From Sphingomonadales bacterium (GTDB taxonomy: Bacteria; Pseudomonadota; Alphaproteobacteria; Sphingomonadales; Sphingomonadaceae), in contig JBBQYI010000003.1 in assembly GCA_038208825.1 (NCBI GenBank), positions 1,390-65,389 of the forward strand: a stretch of 64,000 bases of DNA. Reading direction: 5' to 3'. A model generated the notes under the pieces. That model was not told the origin of the DNA, searched no databases, and was given only the letters and a program-made list of their open reading frames with translations. The position numbers and the translations under genes were made by a program. Below are positions 1-9,529 of this stretch, piece after piece; the first letter of the stretch is position 1, and each line of letters opens with the position of its first letter.

Positions 1-581
1 GTGCCATGGTTGAGCAGCCGCAAGTGGCGATCGCTGACTCGGCCGCGCAGGCGCAGCGCAATGCCGGTGACGGTCGACCACCAGAGCATCGAACCGAGGA
101 ACACCCCGACGACGAGAAGCGAGGCGTGGATGCGTTCGGCGGTGGTGGCATGGCCGAGCCCGACGAAGCCGATGGCGCTGAAGCTGCCGATAAAGAACAA
201 CATGGTGGCGGGATTGGTGGCGGCCATTGAGAATCCCATCAGGGCAAGCCGCTGGCGGGTGCCGGAATCGGGTCGGAGTTCGAGATGCGGCGCCGACCGC
301 CAGATGGCGATGGCGAACAACAGCATGACCAGCCCGCCCAGGATACGAATGAGGGCGTCATAATCGCTGATCATCGTGCCGATGGCGCCAAGGCCGAAGC
401 CGGCGACGGTGGCGAACAGCGCGTCCCCAAGCGCCGCGCCAAGCCCCATGACCATCGCGGCGCGGCGGTGGCCGCACAATGTGCGTTGGATGACCAGCAG
501 ATTGACCGGGCCGACGGGGGCGGCAGCGCCGAGGCCGATGGCGATGCCGGCAGGAAAATACAGGGTGGCGAGCGACACCAT
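1..581 (-). CDS. LysE/RhtB family amino-acid exporter (3' end runs off the window)
   Basis: Manual translation of the minus strand from ATG 581 gives MVSLATLYFPAGIAIGLGAAAPVGPVNLLVIQRTL...GLGAALGDALF...NPATMLFF...GVFLGSMLWW, with LysE-type PxGP and NP motifs. Absent from the ORF track because it has no stop inside the window. Confidence 0.88.
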   Translation of the reverse strand, partial: MVSLATLYFPAGIAIGLGAAAPVGPVNLLVIQRTLCGHRRAAMVMGLGAALGDALFATVAGFGLGAIGTMISDYDALIRILGGLVMLLFAIAIWRSAPHLELRPDSGTRQRLALMGFSMAATNPATMLFFIGSFSAIGFVGLGHATTAERIHASLLVVGVFLGSMLWWSTVTGIALRLRGRVSDRHLRLLNHG

Positions 582-847
582 CACGCGCCGGGATCGGGAT
601 CGGCCATTTCGGTGGCCGGTGCTGCCGCCGCCGGATCGGGCGCGCGGGCCCGCAGGCCGAGTGCGATAAGCCGGCCATCGCCGCTTTGTGCCAATTCGAA
701 TTCCAGCCTGTCGCCGGGGACAAGGCCCGGCAAACCAGCGGCGGATACGGCGGAAACATGGACAAAGACGTCGCGCGGCCCAAGATCGGGCGTGAGGAAG
801 CCAAAGCCCTTCGTGACATCGAACCATTTGACAACACCGCTGGCCAT
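581..847 (-). CDS. Cold-shock domain protein (CspA family) with Ala/Pro-rich tail
   Basis: MASGVVKWFDVTKGFGFLTPD...DVFVHVSAV contains the RNP1 and RNP2 motifs. Confidence 0.93.
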   Translation of the reverse strand: MASGVVKWFDVTKGFGFLTPDLGPRDVFVHVSAVSAAGLPGLVPGDRLEFELAQSGDGRLIALGLRARAPDPAAAAPATEMADPDPGA

Positions 848-1272
848 CAGTCGGCGCCCGGAATGGCGGTGATCGTGATGGCACGGAAGCGCCCGTGCAG
901 CGCGTCCGGATCATCGGCGACGGCGCGCCAGCCGTGCACGGCATCGGCGGCGATGATCAGCCAGATCTGGCCATTTTCAAGCGCGCGCGCGGCATCGCGT
1001 TTCGACGGGTTGCCGTTACCATTGGGGTGGCTGTGATAATGGCCGATCACGGCCTGGCCCTGGCCGCGCGCCTCGCGATGGACGCGGAGCAGCGTTGCCG
1101 GATCGATTTCGAAACTGCGCGCCGGGTCGGCGGCGACATTGCGCGCCGAAACCGCACCTGTGATCGCGGCGGCAGTTCGGCCCAGCAGCAGCCCGCAAAC
1201 CTCCCGGTCGGGGTCGCCTGCTGCTCCGTCCACAAGGGTTTTTTGCAACGCGCTTGAAATCGTAACGATCAT
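847..1272 (-). CDS. JAB/MPN+ (Mov34, M67-like) metalloprotease
   Basis: EVCGLLLG...HYHSHPNG...PSKRD matches the JAMM motif E...HxH-x7-S-x2-D. Start trimmed to MIVTISS. Confidence 0.9.
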   Translation of the reverse strand: MIVTISSALQKTLVDGAAGDPDREVCGLLLGRTAAAITGAVSARNVAADPARSFEIDPATLLRVHREARGQGQAVIGHYHSHPNGNGNPSKRDAARALENGQIWLIIAADAVHGWRAVADDPDALHGRFRAITITAIPGAD

Positions 1273-1290
1273 CACGACATCGGCTAGGCG

Positions 1291-2250
1291 ATGGGGGCCG
1301 AAAAGTCGATCAATCTTGTCTTGCCGGCCACCGCAGCGGGGCTGAGGCTTGATCGTGCGCTGGCGATTGCGCTGCCCCAGCATAGCCGTGAGCGGTTGAA
1401 GGCGCTGGTCGGCGGTGGCCGCGTTACGGGGCCTGCCGGCATATTGTGGGACCCGGCGTTGAAGGTGAAGGGTGGCGAGGCGTTGACGCTTTCGATCCCC
1501 GAACCGCGGCCATCCGAAACTGTCGCCCAGGATATACCGCTAACCATCGTTTACGAAGATGAAGACCTGTTGATTGTCGACAAGCCCGCCGGGCTGGTGG
1601 TGCATCCGGCGGCGGGCAATTTCGATGGCACCATGGTCAATGCGCTGCTGCACCATTGCGCCGGCCGGCTTTCCGGCATCGGCGGGGTGGCGCGGCCGGG
1701 CATCGTGCATCGTATCGACAAGGATACATCGGGGTTGTTGGTGGTGGCCAAGACCGACCCGGCACATGAACATCTGTCGCGTCAGTTTGCCGCGCATAGT
1801 GTCGAGCGGCGCTATACCGCCATCGTTGCCGGCGTGCCGGTGCCGCCGGCCGGGCGGATCGAAGGGTCGCTGGCTCGCTCCTCCGCCAATCGTCAGAAGA
1901 TCGCCATCGTTCCCGAGGGCCGCGGCAAGCGCGCGGTGACACATTACCGGCTGGTGCGGGCGTTTCGCCATGCGGCCGAGATCGAATGCCGGCTGGAAAC
2001 CGGGCGTACCCACCAGATCCGCGTTCATATGGCGTCTATCGGCCATGCGTTATTGGGGGATGCAACCTATGGACGCACGCCGGGCAGTTTGGCGGGCATA
2101 TTGAAGGATCTGGGTTTCCAACGGCAGGCGCTGCACGCCGCGACACTGGGGTTTGTGCATCCTGTCACACAAGAAAAACTGTCTTTTCAATCCAGCCTGC
2201 CGCTGGATATAGTGGAGTTAATCGGTCGTCTTTCGGACGCCGAAGCGTAA
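1291..2250 (+). CDS. rluD: RluA-family 23S rRNA pseudouridine synthase (RluD)
   Basis: N-terminal S4 domain (RLDRAL), VDKPAGLVVHP, HRIDKDTSG and LETGRTHQIRVH motifs. Lies directly upstream of rpoH. Confidence 0.93.
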   Translation: MGAEKSINLVLPATAAGLRLDRALAIALPQHSRERLKALVGGGRVTGPAGILWDPALKVKGGEALTLSIPEPRPSETVAQDIPLTIVYEDEDLLIVDKPAGLVVHPAAGNFDGTMVNALLHHCAGRLSGIGGVARPGIVHRIDKDTSGLLVVAKTDPAHEHLSRQFAAHSVERRYTAIVAGVPVPPAGRIEGSLARSSANRQKIAIVPEGRGKRAVTHYRLVRAFRHAAEIECRLETGRTHQIRVHMASIGHALLGDATYGRTPGSLAGILKDLGFQRQALHAATLGFVHPVTQEKLSFQSSLPLDIVELIGRLSDAEA

Positions 2251-2262
2251 CAAGGAGTTCAA

Positions 2263-3171
2263 ATGGCCAATCTTCCTGTCGTGAAGACCTCGATCCCGGC
2301 GCTTGGCGGCGAGGCGGGTCTCAACCGTTATCTGTCTGAAATCCGCAAGTTTCCGCTGTTGGCGCCGGAGCATGAATATATGCTCGCCAAGCGTTGGGAG
2401 GAGCATCAGGACCCTGAGGCCGCGGCCAAGCTGGTGACCAGCCATCTGCGGCTGGTGGCCAAGATTGCCATGGGTTATCGCGGTTATGGGCTGCCGGTGG
2501 CCGAGCTGATTTCCGAGGGCAATATCGGGCTCATCCAGGGCGTGAAGAAGTTCGACGCCGAAAAGGGTTTCCGGCTTGCCACCTATGCGATGTGGTGGAT
2601 CAGGGCGTCGATCCAGGAATATATCCTGCGGTCGTGGAGCCTGGTGAAGATCGGCACCACCGCTGCCCAGAAGAAGCTGTTTTTCAACCTGCGCCGGTTG
2701 AAGGGCAAGCTGAACGCCATGGAAGATGGCGATATGCACAATGAGGATGTGGCCAAGATCGCCACCACGCTGGGGGTGACCGAGGACGAGGTGGTTTCGA
2801 TGAACCGCCGCATGTCGATGGGCGGCGATACCAGCCTGAATGCGCCATTGCGCGAGGAAGGTGAGGGCGAATGGCAGGATTGGCTCGCCGACAGCGGCCC
2901 GTTGCAGGACGAGATGATCGCCGACGAGCAGGAACGCGACCAGCGTCACGAATTGCTCGGTGCGGCGATGGCGTCGCTCAATGATCGCGAAAAGCACATC
3001 CTGACCCAGCGCCGGCTTGTTGACGACCCGGAAACGCTGGAGGAGCTTTCGCAGCAATATGGCATCAGCCGCGAGCGGGTGCGCCAGATCGAAGTGCGGG
3101 CGTTTGAAAAGCTGAGCAAGGCCATGCATTCGCTGGCTATCGAGCGGCGGATGGTGCCTGAACTGGCGTAA
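2263..3171 (+). CDS. rpoH: RNA polymerase sigma factor RpoH (sigma32)
   Basis: RpoH box QKKLFFNLR, plus LVTSHLRLV and ISRERVRQIE. SD AAGGAG upstream. Confidence 0.97.
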   Translation: MANLPVVKTSIPALGGEAGLNRYLSEIRKFPLLAPEHEYMLAKRWEEHQDPEAAAKLVTSHLRLVAKIAMGYRGYGLPVAELISEGNIGLIQGVKKFDAEKGFRLATYAMWWIRASIQEYILRSWSLVKIGTTAAQKKLFFNLRRLKGKLNAMEDGDMHNEDVAKIATTLGVTEDEVVSMNRRMSMGGDTSLNAPLREEGEGEWQDWLADSGPLQDEMIADEQERDQRHELLGAAMASLNDREKHILTQRRLVDDPETLEELSQQYGISRERVRQIEVRAFEKLSKAMHSLAIERRMVPELA

Positions 3172-3271
3172 TTTCGTCGCCGGGCCGAAGCGAGGGAGGG
3201 CGGTTTTGCCGTTCGGCTGTTGACCTTTGCCCGGCAACGCTGACACTGGCATTTCCTCGTCCGGAGCCGAT

Positions 3272-3970
3272 GTGCCAGCCTCTCGCCGCAGTCTTCCTGC
3301 CCGTATTGCCGTGTTGGCCGTAAAGGTCGCGCTGGGTACGGTCGTATTGAGCATCGGCTGGGTGGCGCTGTATCGGTTCGTTCCGGTGCCGCTGACCTGG
3401 CCGATGGCGCGCGACGCGATATCGGGGCGGCATGTCGAGCGGCATTGGGTTCCATTATCTGCGATTGCGCCGGCGGTTCCGCGTGCCGCGATCGGCGCAG
3501 AAGACGCACGGTTTTGCGAACATAATGGTTTTGATTTCGTCGCGATGGAGGCAGCCGCGGCGCGCAACGCCAGTGGTGGCAAGCTTCGCGGTGGCTCGAC
3601 GATTTCCCAGCAGACGGCGAAGAACGCCTTTCTGTGGCCAGGGCGATCCTATGTGCGAAAGGGCCTGGAGGCCTGGTTCACGGTGTTGATCGAGGCGATC
3701 TGGGGCAAGCCGCGGATCATGGAGGTTTACCTCAACATCGCCGAGATGGGCCCGGGCGTGTATGGCGTGGATGCGGCCGCCCGGCATTATTTCCATGTCA
3801 GTGCCGCCGGGCTTTCTACCGCGCAGGCATCGCGGATCGCCGCCATCCTGCCGCAGCCGATCAAGCGCAATGCGGCGGCGCCCGGCCGTTACGTGAAGCG
3901 TTATGCGCGCCGGATCGAGCGGCGGGCACGGGTGGTGGGCAATGAGGGCATCGACGCCTGTCTGCGGTGA
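3272..3970 (+). CDS. mtgA: Monofunctional peptidoglycan transglycosylase
   Basis: AEDARFCEHNGFD, RGGSTISQQTAKN, RKGLE and EVYLNIAE motifs. GTG 3272 has GGAG upstream, and the alternative start is TTG 3227. Confidence 0.93.
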   Translation: MPASRRSLPARIAVLAVKVALGTVVLSIGWVALYRFVPVPLTWPMARDAISGRHVERHWVPLSAIAPAVPRAAIGAEDARFCEHNGFDFVAMEAAAARNASGGKLRGGSTISQQTAKNAFLWPGRSYVRKGLEAWFTVLIEAIWGKPRIMEVYLNIAEMGPGVYGVDAAARHYFHVSAAGLSTAQASRIAAILPQPIKRNAAAPGRYVKRYARRIERRARVVGNEGIDACLR

Positions 3971-3994
3971 TTGCAGGCCTTGGAACGCGGAGAT

Positions 3995-4828
3995 TCAGCC
4001 GATGTGGCTTTGGATGCCGCGTGTGATGACCCGATCGCCTGGCAGGATATCGGCGATGGCGATTCCTGGCATTGATTCCAGTTCGGCGTAGAGCGGCCCG
4101 AAATCGGTTTCCAGCGTCTGGCGCAACAGGTCGTCGAAGCTGTCGATGACGAAATAATTCTGCTGAAAATCGTCGATGCGGTAGTTGGTTCGCATCACCC
4201 GGCGCAGATCAAAGCCGATCCGGTTGGGGCTGGGGCTTTCCAGCGCAAAGATTGATTCGCCATGGCTGGAAACGATGCCGGCGCCATAGAGTTTCAAGCC
4301 GTCGCCAGAGCGGACAAGGCCGAATTCGACCGTGTACCAGTAAAGGCGGGATAGCAGCGCGATGGCGCCCGCGCCGGCGGCACGCAGCCCGCCCTTGCCA
4401 TACGCCTGCATGTAATCGGCGAACACCGGATTGGCGAGCAAAGGAACATGGCCGAAGACATCGTGGAAGACGTCCGGTTCCTGCAGATAATCGAGTTGTT
4501 CCGGGGTGCGGATGAAGCGCCCGGCGACGAAGCGGCGTTCGGCGAGGTGGCCGAAAAACACGTCATCGGGGACAAGGCCGGGGACGGCGACGACCTGCCA
4601 GCCGGTCAGGTCCATCAGGCGGCCCGACAGTTCGGCGAAATCAGGGATGCCGGGTTTCGACATTTTGAGCACATCGATGCCGGCGAGGAATTCCGGCGCG
4701 GCGCGGCCCTGCAGCATGGCGGATTGGCGGGCATAAAGCCTGTCCCACATGGCATGTTCGCCGGCGGTGTAGTCGGCCCAGCGTTGGGGGACCGTCCAGT
4801 CGGCGGCTTGTGTCGTTTCGGTTTCCAT
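3995..4828 (-). CDS. phhA: Phenylalanine 4-monooxygenase
   Basis: PDVFHDVFGHVP iron-binding motif, LYWYTVEFGL and YGAGIVSS. Confidence 0.96.
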   Translation of the reverse strand: METETTQAADWTVPQRWADYTAGEHAMWDRLYARQSAMLQGRAAPEFLAGIDVLKMSKPGIPDFAELSGRLMDLTGWQVVAVPGLVPDDVFFGHLAERRFVAGRFIRTPEQLDYLQEPDVFHDVFGHVPLLANPVFADYMQAYGKGGLRAAGAGAIALLSRLYWYTVEFGLVRSGDGLKLYGAGIVSSHGESIFALESPSPNRIGFDLRRVMRTNYRIDDFQQNYFVIDSFDDLLRQTLETDFGPLYAELESMPGIAIADILPGDRVITRGIQSHIG

Positions 4829-4899
4829 GGCGGCGTTATCCCATGTTTCGCCGGGTTTCGGGGGAAAATCCGCTCACTTTGTGGAAAAAATGCCGCGAT

Positions 4900-6048
4900 T
4901 CAGAGGCCGAGCACGGCTTTTGCGATGATATTCTTCTGAACCTCGGTAGTGCCGCCATATATGGTCTGGGCGCGGGTCATGAAATAATCGGCGACGGCGG
5001 GCACGCTGAAACTGTCACGTCCGGGCAGGGCATCGGCCCAGCCGGGGCCGCGATCCGGGAAATGCGGGGCGGAGTCCGGCCCGGCGAGATCGAGCAGCAA
5101 TTCGGTGATGGCCTGGGCGCTTTCGGTGGCGATGATCTTGATCAGCGAGGCGATGTCTGGCCCTTCCTGCGAATTGCCGGCGCGGGCGCGGGCAACAAGG
5201 CCGTCGAGTGTCTCGACCGCAATCTCGGTTTCGGCGAGGCGGCTGCGAAAGGCCGGTGAGGCGGCATCAGGGGCTTCGGCAGCAAGCCGGCGGACCCGTT
5301 GCAACGACACGCGTTTCTGGGCGACATGGGCATACCAGGTGCGTTCGTTGGCGAGCAGATATTTGGAATAGGACCAGCCCTTGTTCTCTTCCCCGATCAA
5401 ATTGGTGGCGGGGACGCGGACGTGATCGAAGGTGACTTCGGCGAGATAGTGGCGGCCATCCAGCCCCATCAACGGGCGCACGCTGACGCCCGGGGTCGCC
5501 ATGTCGATGCACAGGAAGGAGATGCCGGCGTGCGGTTTCGGCGTGTCGGCGGTGCGCACGAGGCAGAAAATCCAGTCGGCATAATGGCCAAGGCTGGTCC
5601 AGGTCTTGCGGCCGGTGACGATATAGTCATCGCCGTCGCGGACAGCACGCGTGGTCAGCGAGGCGAGATCGGAACCAGAGCCCGGTTCCGAATAGCCCTG
5701 CGCCCAGAAGGTGCGGGAATTGAGAATGTCCGGCAGCCAGCGCGCCTGTTGTTCGGGCGTGCCGAAATTATACATGACCGGCGCGACATAGATGAGTCCC
5801 ATGGGAACGATGGTGGGGACACCGGCGCGGGCGAATTCCGCTTCGAAAACAGCGCGCTCTGTCGCGGTCCAGCCGGTGCCGCCATGTTCCACCGGCCAAT
5901 GGGGCGCGGCCCAGCCTCGCGTGGCCAAAGCGGCCTGTGACCGGATGAAATCCTCACGCCCCAGTGTCTGGCCAGTGCGGGTCTTTTCAAGAATGTCCTG
6001 CGGGTAGTCGGTTTCGAAATAGTCGCGGACTTCGGCTGTGGTCAGCAT
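4900..6048 (-). CDS. Acyl-CoA dehydrogenase family protein
   Basis: WAQGYSEPGSGSDLASL, GRKTWTS and TIYGGTTEVQKNII motifs. Start trimmed to MLTTAEV. Confidence 0.92.
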   Translation of the reverse strand: MLTTAEVRDYFETDYPQDILEKTRTGQTLGREDFIRSQAALATRGWAAPHWPVEHGGTGWTATERAVFEAEFARAGVPTIVPMGLIYVAPVMYNFGTPEQQARWLPDILNSRTFWAQGYSEPGSGSDLASLTTRAVRDGDDYIVTGRKTWTSLGHYADWIFCLVRTADTPKPHAGISFLCIDMATPGVSVRPLMGLDGRHYLAEVTFDHVRVPATNLIGEENKGWSYSKYLLANERTWYAHVAQKRVSLQRVRRLAAEAPDAASPAFRSRLAETEIAVETLDGLVARARAGNSQEGPDIASLIKIIATESAQAITELLLDLAGPDSAPHFPDRGPGWADALPGRDSFSVPAVADYFMTRAQTIYGGTTEVQKNIIAKAVLGL

Positions 6049-6109
6049 CTTGGGCGCCTTTTTGGGATGGCGGGATGATGGCACTGCCACCCCCCCGCCG
6101 ATAGCTGGC

Positions 6110-7240
6110 TCAAGCGTTGGGGGTGACCAGGTATTTTTCGCCGGTTGCCTTGGCGTTATAGGCATGGATGGCATCGAGCTTGAGCATTTCGGCAAGCCCG
6201 ACGCGGGCCGTGTAGTGGCTTTTGAAGGTGGTGGTCAGTTCAGCGGCGACCCGGTCCCGCAGCTTTTGCGCGTCGGCGGCGCCGATCTTGCCGAGGAACG
6301 GGAACAACAGCCAGCCGCCCATGCTCCAGGCCATGCCGAAACTGCGATTGAAGACCGTCGGGCTGGTGTCGAGGCCACCATAGATATAAACCTGCTTATG
6401 AACAGTCGAGCCGTAGCGACTGTATTCCTTGGCAGTCTTGTTCGCCGCAATCTCCATCGCGGTGAGGATCTGGCCGGCCAGCTTGCCGCCGCCGGTTGCA
6501 TCGAACGCGATGGTGGCGCCGGTTGCAACCAGCGCAGCGACGAGATCGTCCATGAAGTCGGGCAAGCTCGAATCGACGATACAGGTCGCGCCGATGCCTT
6601 CGAGCAGTTTGCGCTGTTCGGCGCTGCGTACGATGTTGACGAGGCTGATGCCGTCCTTGATGCAGATCTTGTTGAGCATCTGGCCAAGGTTCGATGCGGC
6701 GGCGGTGTGGACCAGCGCGGTGTGGCCTTCGCGGCGCATGGTTTCGGTCATGCCGAGCGATGTCAACGGGTTGACGAAGCAGGACGCGCCGTCCTCCGCT
6801 GTCGCGCCATCAGGAAGCACGATGGCATCCCGGGCGCGAACGGCGCGATATTGGGCGTACATGGCGCCGCCGATGATGCCGACCTTCTTGCCGATCAACG
6901 CTTCGGCGCCTTCACCGGCGGCGACGACGGTGCCGCCGCCTTCATTGCCGGCGGGCATCGATTCATCGGCGCGGGCGGCCATGGCGCGCATGAAGGCGGG
7001 CGGAATGGTGGCGGTGACGACCGGGCGGTCGGCGCTGCCGGACTGGACGGCGGTGCTCATGTCGGCAGCGCCGAACAAAAGCCCGATATCGCTGGGGTTG
7101 ATCGGGCTGGCTTCGATGCGGACAAGGATTTCCCCGGCGGCCGGAGTGGGCACGGGCACCTCGGCAAGGCTGAGCTCCAGGGTGCCGCTGGATTTAACCA
7201 GGGTGCGATACTGGAGCATGGTGGCTGGGATGGTTGTCAT
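6110..7240 (-). CDS. MDR-superfamily (quinone reductase-like) NAD(P)H oxidoreductase
   Basis: ASPINPSD, GNEGGGTV, SCFVNPLT and HTAAASNLGQML motifs. Confidence 0.85.
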   Translation of the reverse strand: MTTIPATMLQYRTLVKSSGTLELSLAEVPVPTPAAGEILVRIEASPINPSDIGLLFGAADMSTAVQSGSADRPVVTATIPPAFMRAMAARADESMPAGNEGGGTVVAAGEGAEALIGKKVGIIGGAMYAQYRAVRARDAIVLPDGATAEDGASCFVNPLTSLGMTETMRREGHTALVHTAAASNLGQMLNKICIKDGISLVNIVRSAEQRKLLEGIGATCIVDSSLPDFMDDLVAALVATGATIAFDATGGGKLAGQILTAMEIAANKTAKEYSRYGSTVHKQVYIYGGLDTSPTVFNRSFGMAWSMGGWLLFPFLGKIGAADAQKLRDRVAAELTTTFKSHYTARVGLAEMLKLDAIHAYNAKATGEKYLVTPNA

Positions 7241-7329
7241 TTTCTGGTCCTTTGTGTTGGGGTTGGGATGGATCCCTAACCCCGCCGCGCGCGATTATGC
7301 CGATCCCGCAAGGAGAGAGCGGAAGCGTT

Positions 7330-7656
7330 TCAGAGATTCGGCAGTTTGAAGCCCGGGGGCAGCGGCATGCCGGCGGTGAGTTTGTTCATTTCGGCACTAC
7401 CAGCTTGATCGGCCTTGTTCTTGGCATCATTGAAAGCTGCAATCACAAGATCTTCCAGCATTTCTTTTGAATCGATTGTGAGGAGTGACGGGTCGATTTC
7501 GAGGCTGGTGATGCGGCCGCGGGCAGTGGCGCCGACCTTCACCAGCCCGCCGCCGCTGGCGCCCTGCACCATTATATCATCGAGCTTGGCCTGGGCCGCC
7601 TGCATCTGTTCCTGGACGCTTTGCGCCGCCTTCATCAGTTCATCGAGACTGGGCAT
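7330..7656 (-). CDS. ybaB: YbaB/EbfC nucleoid-associated protein
   Basis: MPSLDELMKAAQSVQEQMQ...GASGGGLVKV...EMLEDLVIAAFNDA...PPGFKLP. Overlaps the 3' end of dnaX. Confidence 0.93.
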   Translation of the reverse strand: MPSLDELMKAAQSVQEQMQAAQAKLDDIMVQGASGGGLVKVGATARGRITSLEIDPSLLTIDSKEMLEDLVIAAFNDAKNKADQAGSAEMNKLTAGMPLPPGFKLPNL

Positions 7657-9448
7657 GGGAGGTCCTTTCGGGAAATGTATCTGGGGTGTCGAAGTCGACC
7701 AATTCGGCATCCGGGAAAGCCTGGAAGACGGATTCGACGATCGGATCGGCGCGGGCGGCGGTGAGGCGAGCGGCATCCGTGGCAAGCTCGATTTCACGCA
7801 GGGTTGGGCCGCCCCCGTCGGAAACAAGGCTGACGTCCCAGTCACGGCCAGTCCATTCGTTGAGCCGGCGGCCAATGAGCGCCAGTTGTTCGCGTGACTG
7901 GCGTTTATCATGGGCGAGGACGAGCGATAACGGTCTGCTGTCGGGCAGATATTCGACGAGGCGCAGTTCATCGCTGAGCATATGCGCCATGCGCGGTTCG
8001 GTATGGGCGAGGAAAAGGGCGACGAGGGCTTCGTAGGTCGCCGGTATCAGGTCGGGGTCGGGAGCGACCGCGGGGGCGGAGATCCGGGCAGCGGCGGGCG
8101 TTTGAACGCCGTTGTCCGGTTGCTCGGCAACGTGCAGTGCCGGCAAGTCGGACACGGCCTCGGCTGGCGATTGCGGCTTTTGCTCGGCGATGCTTGCCGC
8201 TTCCGACCCGTTCCGTGAAGTGGCGGGCGGCCGGTTGGAAACAGGGCTTTCGCCGCCTTCGAGGATGCGTTTTACCAGATCGGCCGGATCAGGCAGGTCG
8301 CTGGCGTGGATGAGCCGGAGCAATGCCATTTCGGCTGCCTGCAGCGGGACGGGCGCCGCTTGCACCTCGGCAAGCCCTTTCAACAGCAACTGCCAGATCC
8401 GATGCAACGCCGGGAACGACAAACGCTGTGCCCAATCGGCGAGCTGCGCGCGTTCCTCCACGCTGAGCGCCGGATCCTCGGCGGGCGCCAAGCGGGCGCG
8501 AGTGATAGAATGCACCAGTTCGAGCAGTTCGCGCAGCAGGTTTTCGGGGTCCAGCCCCAGATCATATTGTTCTGCAATGGCTGCAAGTGTTGCCGTGACA
8601 TCGCCGCCGAGCACATGGCCGAACAGCCGGCGGACGGCACCGCGATCGGCAAGGCCAAGCATTTCGCGCACCGCATCGGCGGTGACGTTGCCGCCGGAAT
8701 GGGCGATCGCCTGATCGAGCACCGACAGGCCATCGCGCACCGAGCCTTCGGACGCGCGGGCTATCAGCGCCACGGCTTCGGGCTCGGCCGTTGCGCCTTC
8801 GGCATCGACAATGGCGGTGAAGTGATCGACGAGGGTTTCAGCGGGCACGCGTCGCAGATCGAAACGCTGGCACCGTGACAATACGGTAACCGGCACCTTG
8901 GCGACTTCGGTGGTGGCGAAGATGAATTTCACATGCGGCGGCGGTTCCTCCAGCGTCTTCAAAAGCGCGTTGAAGGCGTTTTTGGACAACATATGGACTT
9001 CATCGACGATGTAGATCTTGAAGCGCGCCGATACCGTGGCGTATCGCACCGATTCAATGATTTCGCGGACATCGTCGACGCCGGTGTTGGAGGCGGCATC
9101 CATTTCGATGACGTCGATATGGCGCCCGGCGGCGATGGCGATGCAGGGATCGCAAACGCCGCACGGGCTGATGGTGGGGCCTCCATTGCCATCGGAGCCG
9201 ATGCAGTTCAGCGCCTTGGCGATGATGCGCGCCGTGGATGTCTTGCCGACACCGCGCACGCCGGTGAGCAGCCAGGCCTGGGCCAGCCGATCCCGCGCGA
9301 TGGCGTTGGCAAGGGTGCGCACCATGGCTTCCTGCCCCAGCAGCGCATCAAAGCTGCCCGGGCGGTATTTGCGCGCCAGCACGCGATAGCCGGGGTTTTC
9401 GGCCGGCTGTGGAGGGAGAGCGGGGGTATCGCCAAACAGTTCGGACAT
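7640..9448 (-). CDS. dnaX: DNA polymerase III subunit gamma/tau
   Basis: YRVLARKYRP, Walker A GVRGVGKTS, DEVHML, LLKTLEEPP and SRCQRF. Confidence 0.97.
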   Translation of the reverse strand: MSELFGDTPALPPQPAENPGYRVLARKYRPGSFDALLGQEAMVRTLANAIARDRLAQAWLLTGVRGVGKTSTARIIAKALNCIGSDGNGGPTISPCGVCDPCIAIAAGRHIDVIEMDAASNTGVDDVREIIESVRYATVSARFKIYIVDEVHMLSKNAFNALLKTLEEPPPHVKFIFATTEVAKVPVTVLSRCQRFDLRRVPAETLVDHFTAIVDAEGATAEPEAVALIARASEGSVRDGLSVLDQAIAHSGGNVTADAVREMLGLADRGAVRRLFGHVLGGDVTATLAAIAEQYDLGLDPENLLRELLELVHSITRARLAPAEDPALSVEERAQLADWAQRLSFPALHRIWQLLLKGLAEVQAAPVPLQAAEMALLRLIHASDLPDPADLVKRILEGGESPVSNRPPATSRNGSEAASIAEQKPQSPAEAVSDLPALHVAEQPDNGVQTPAAARISAPAVAPDPDLIPATYEALVALFLAHTEPRMAHMLSDELRLVEYLPDSRPLSLVLAHDKRQSREQLALIGRRLNEWTGRDWDVSLVSDGGGPTLREIELATDAARLTAARADPIVESVFQAFPDAELVDFDTPDTFPERTSHAQSR

Positions 9449-9529
9449 TGCCGGCCATAGGTGGCGGGTTTGGCGCGATGGGGCAAGCTTTGGCTGCCGG
9501 TGCGCGCCGATTTGCCAGTGTTTTGGCGG

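Noticed and set aside
3995-4899. phhA lacking an adjacent phhB or Lrp regulator
   Set aside because: Stand-alone phhA is not unusual, and the partners may be elsewhere in the genome.
7259-7283. Hairpin GGGGTTGGGA...TCCCTAACCCC upstream of the MDR oxidoreductase
   Set aside because: It is a single short stem with no U-tract or riboswitch features, so no function can be assigned.
9449-9529. Possible SRP RNA (ffs), which often lies upstream of dnaX
   Set aside because: The conserved SRP domain IV motif (CAGG...GGAAG.AGCAG) is not visible in this gap.
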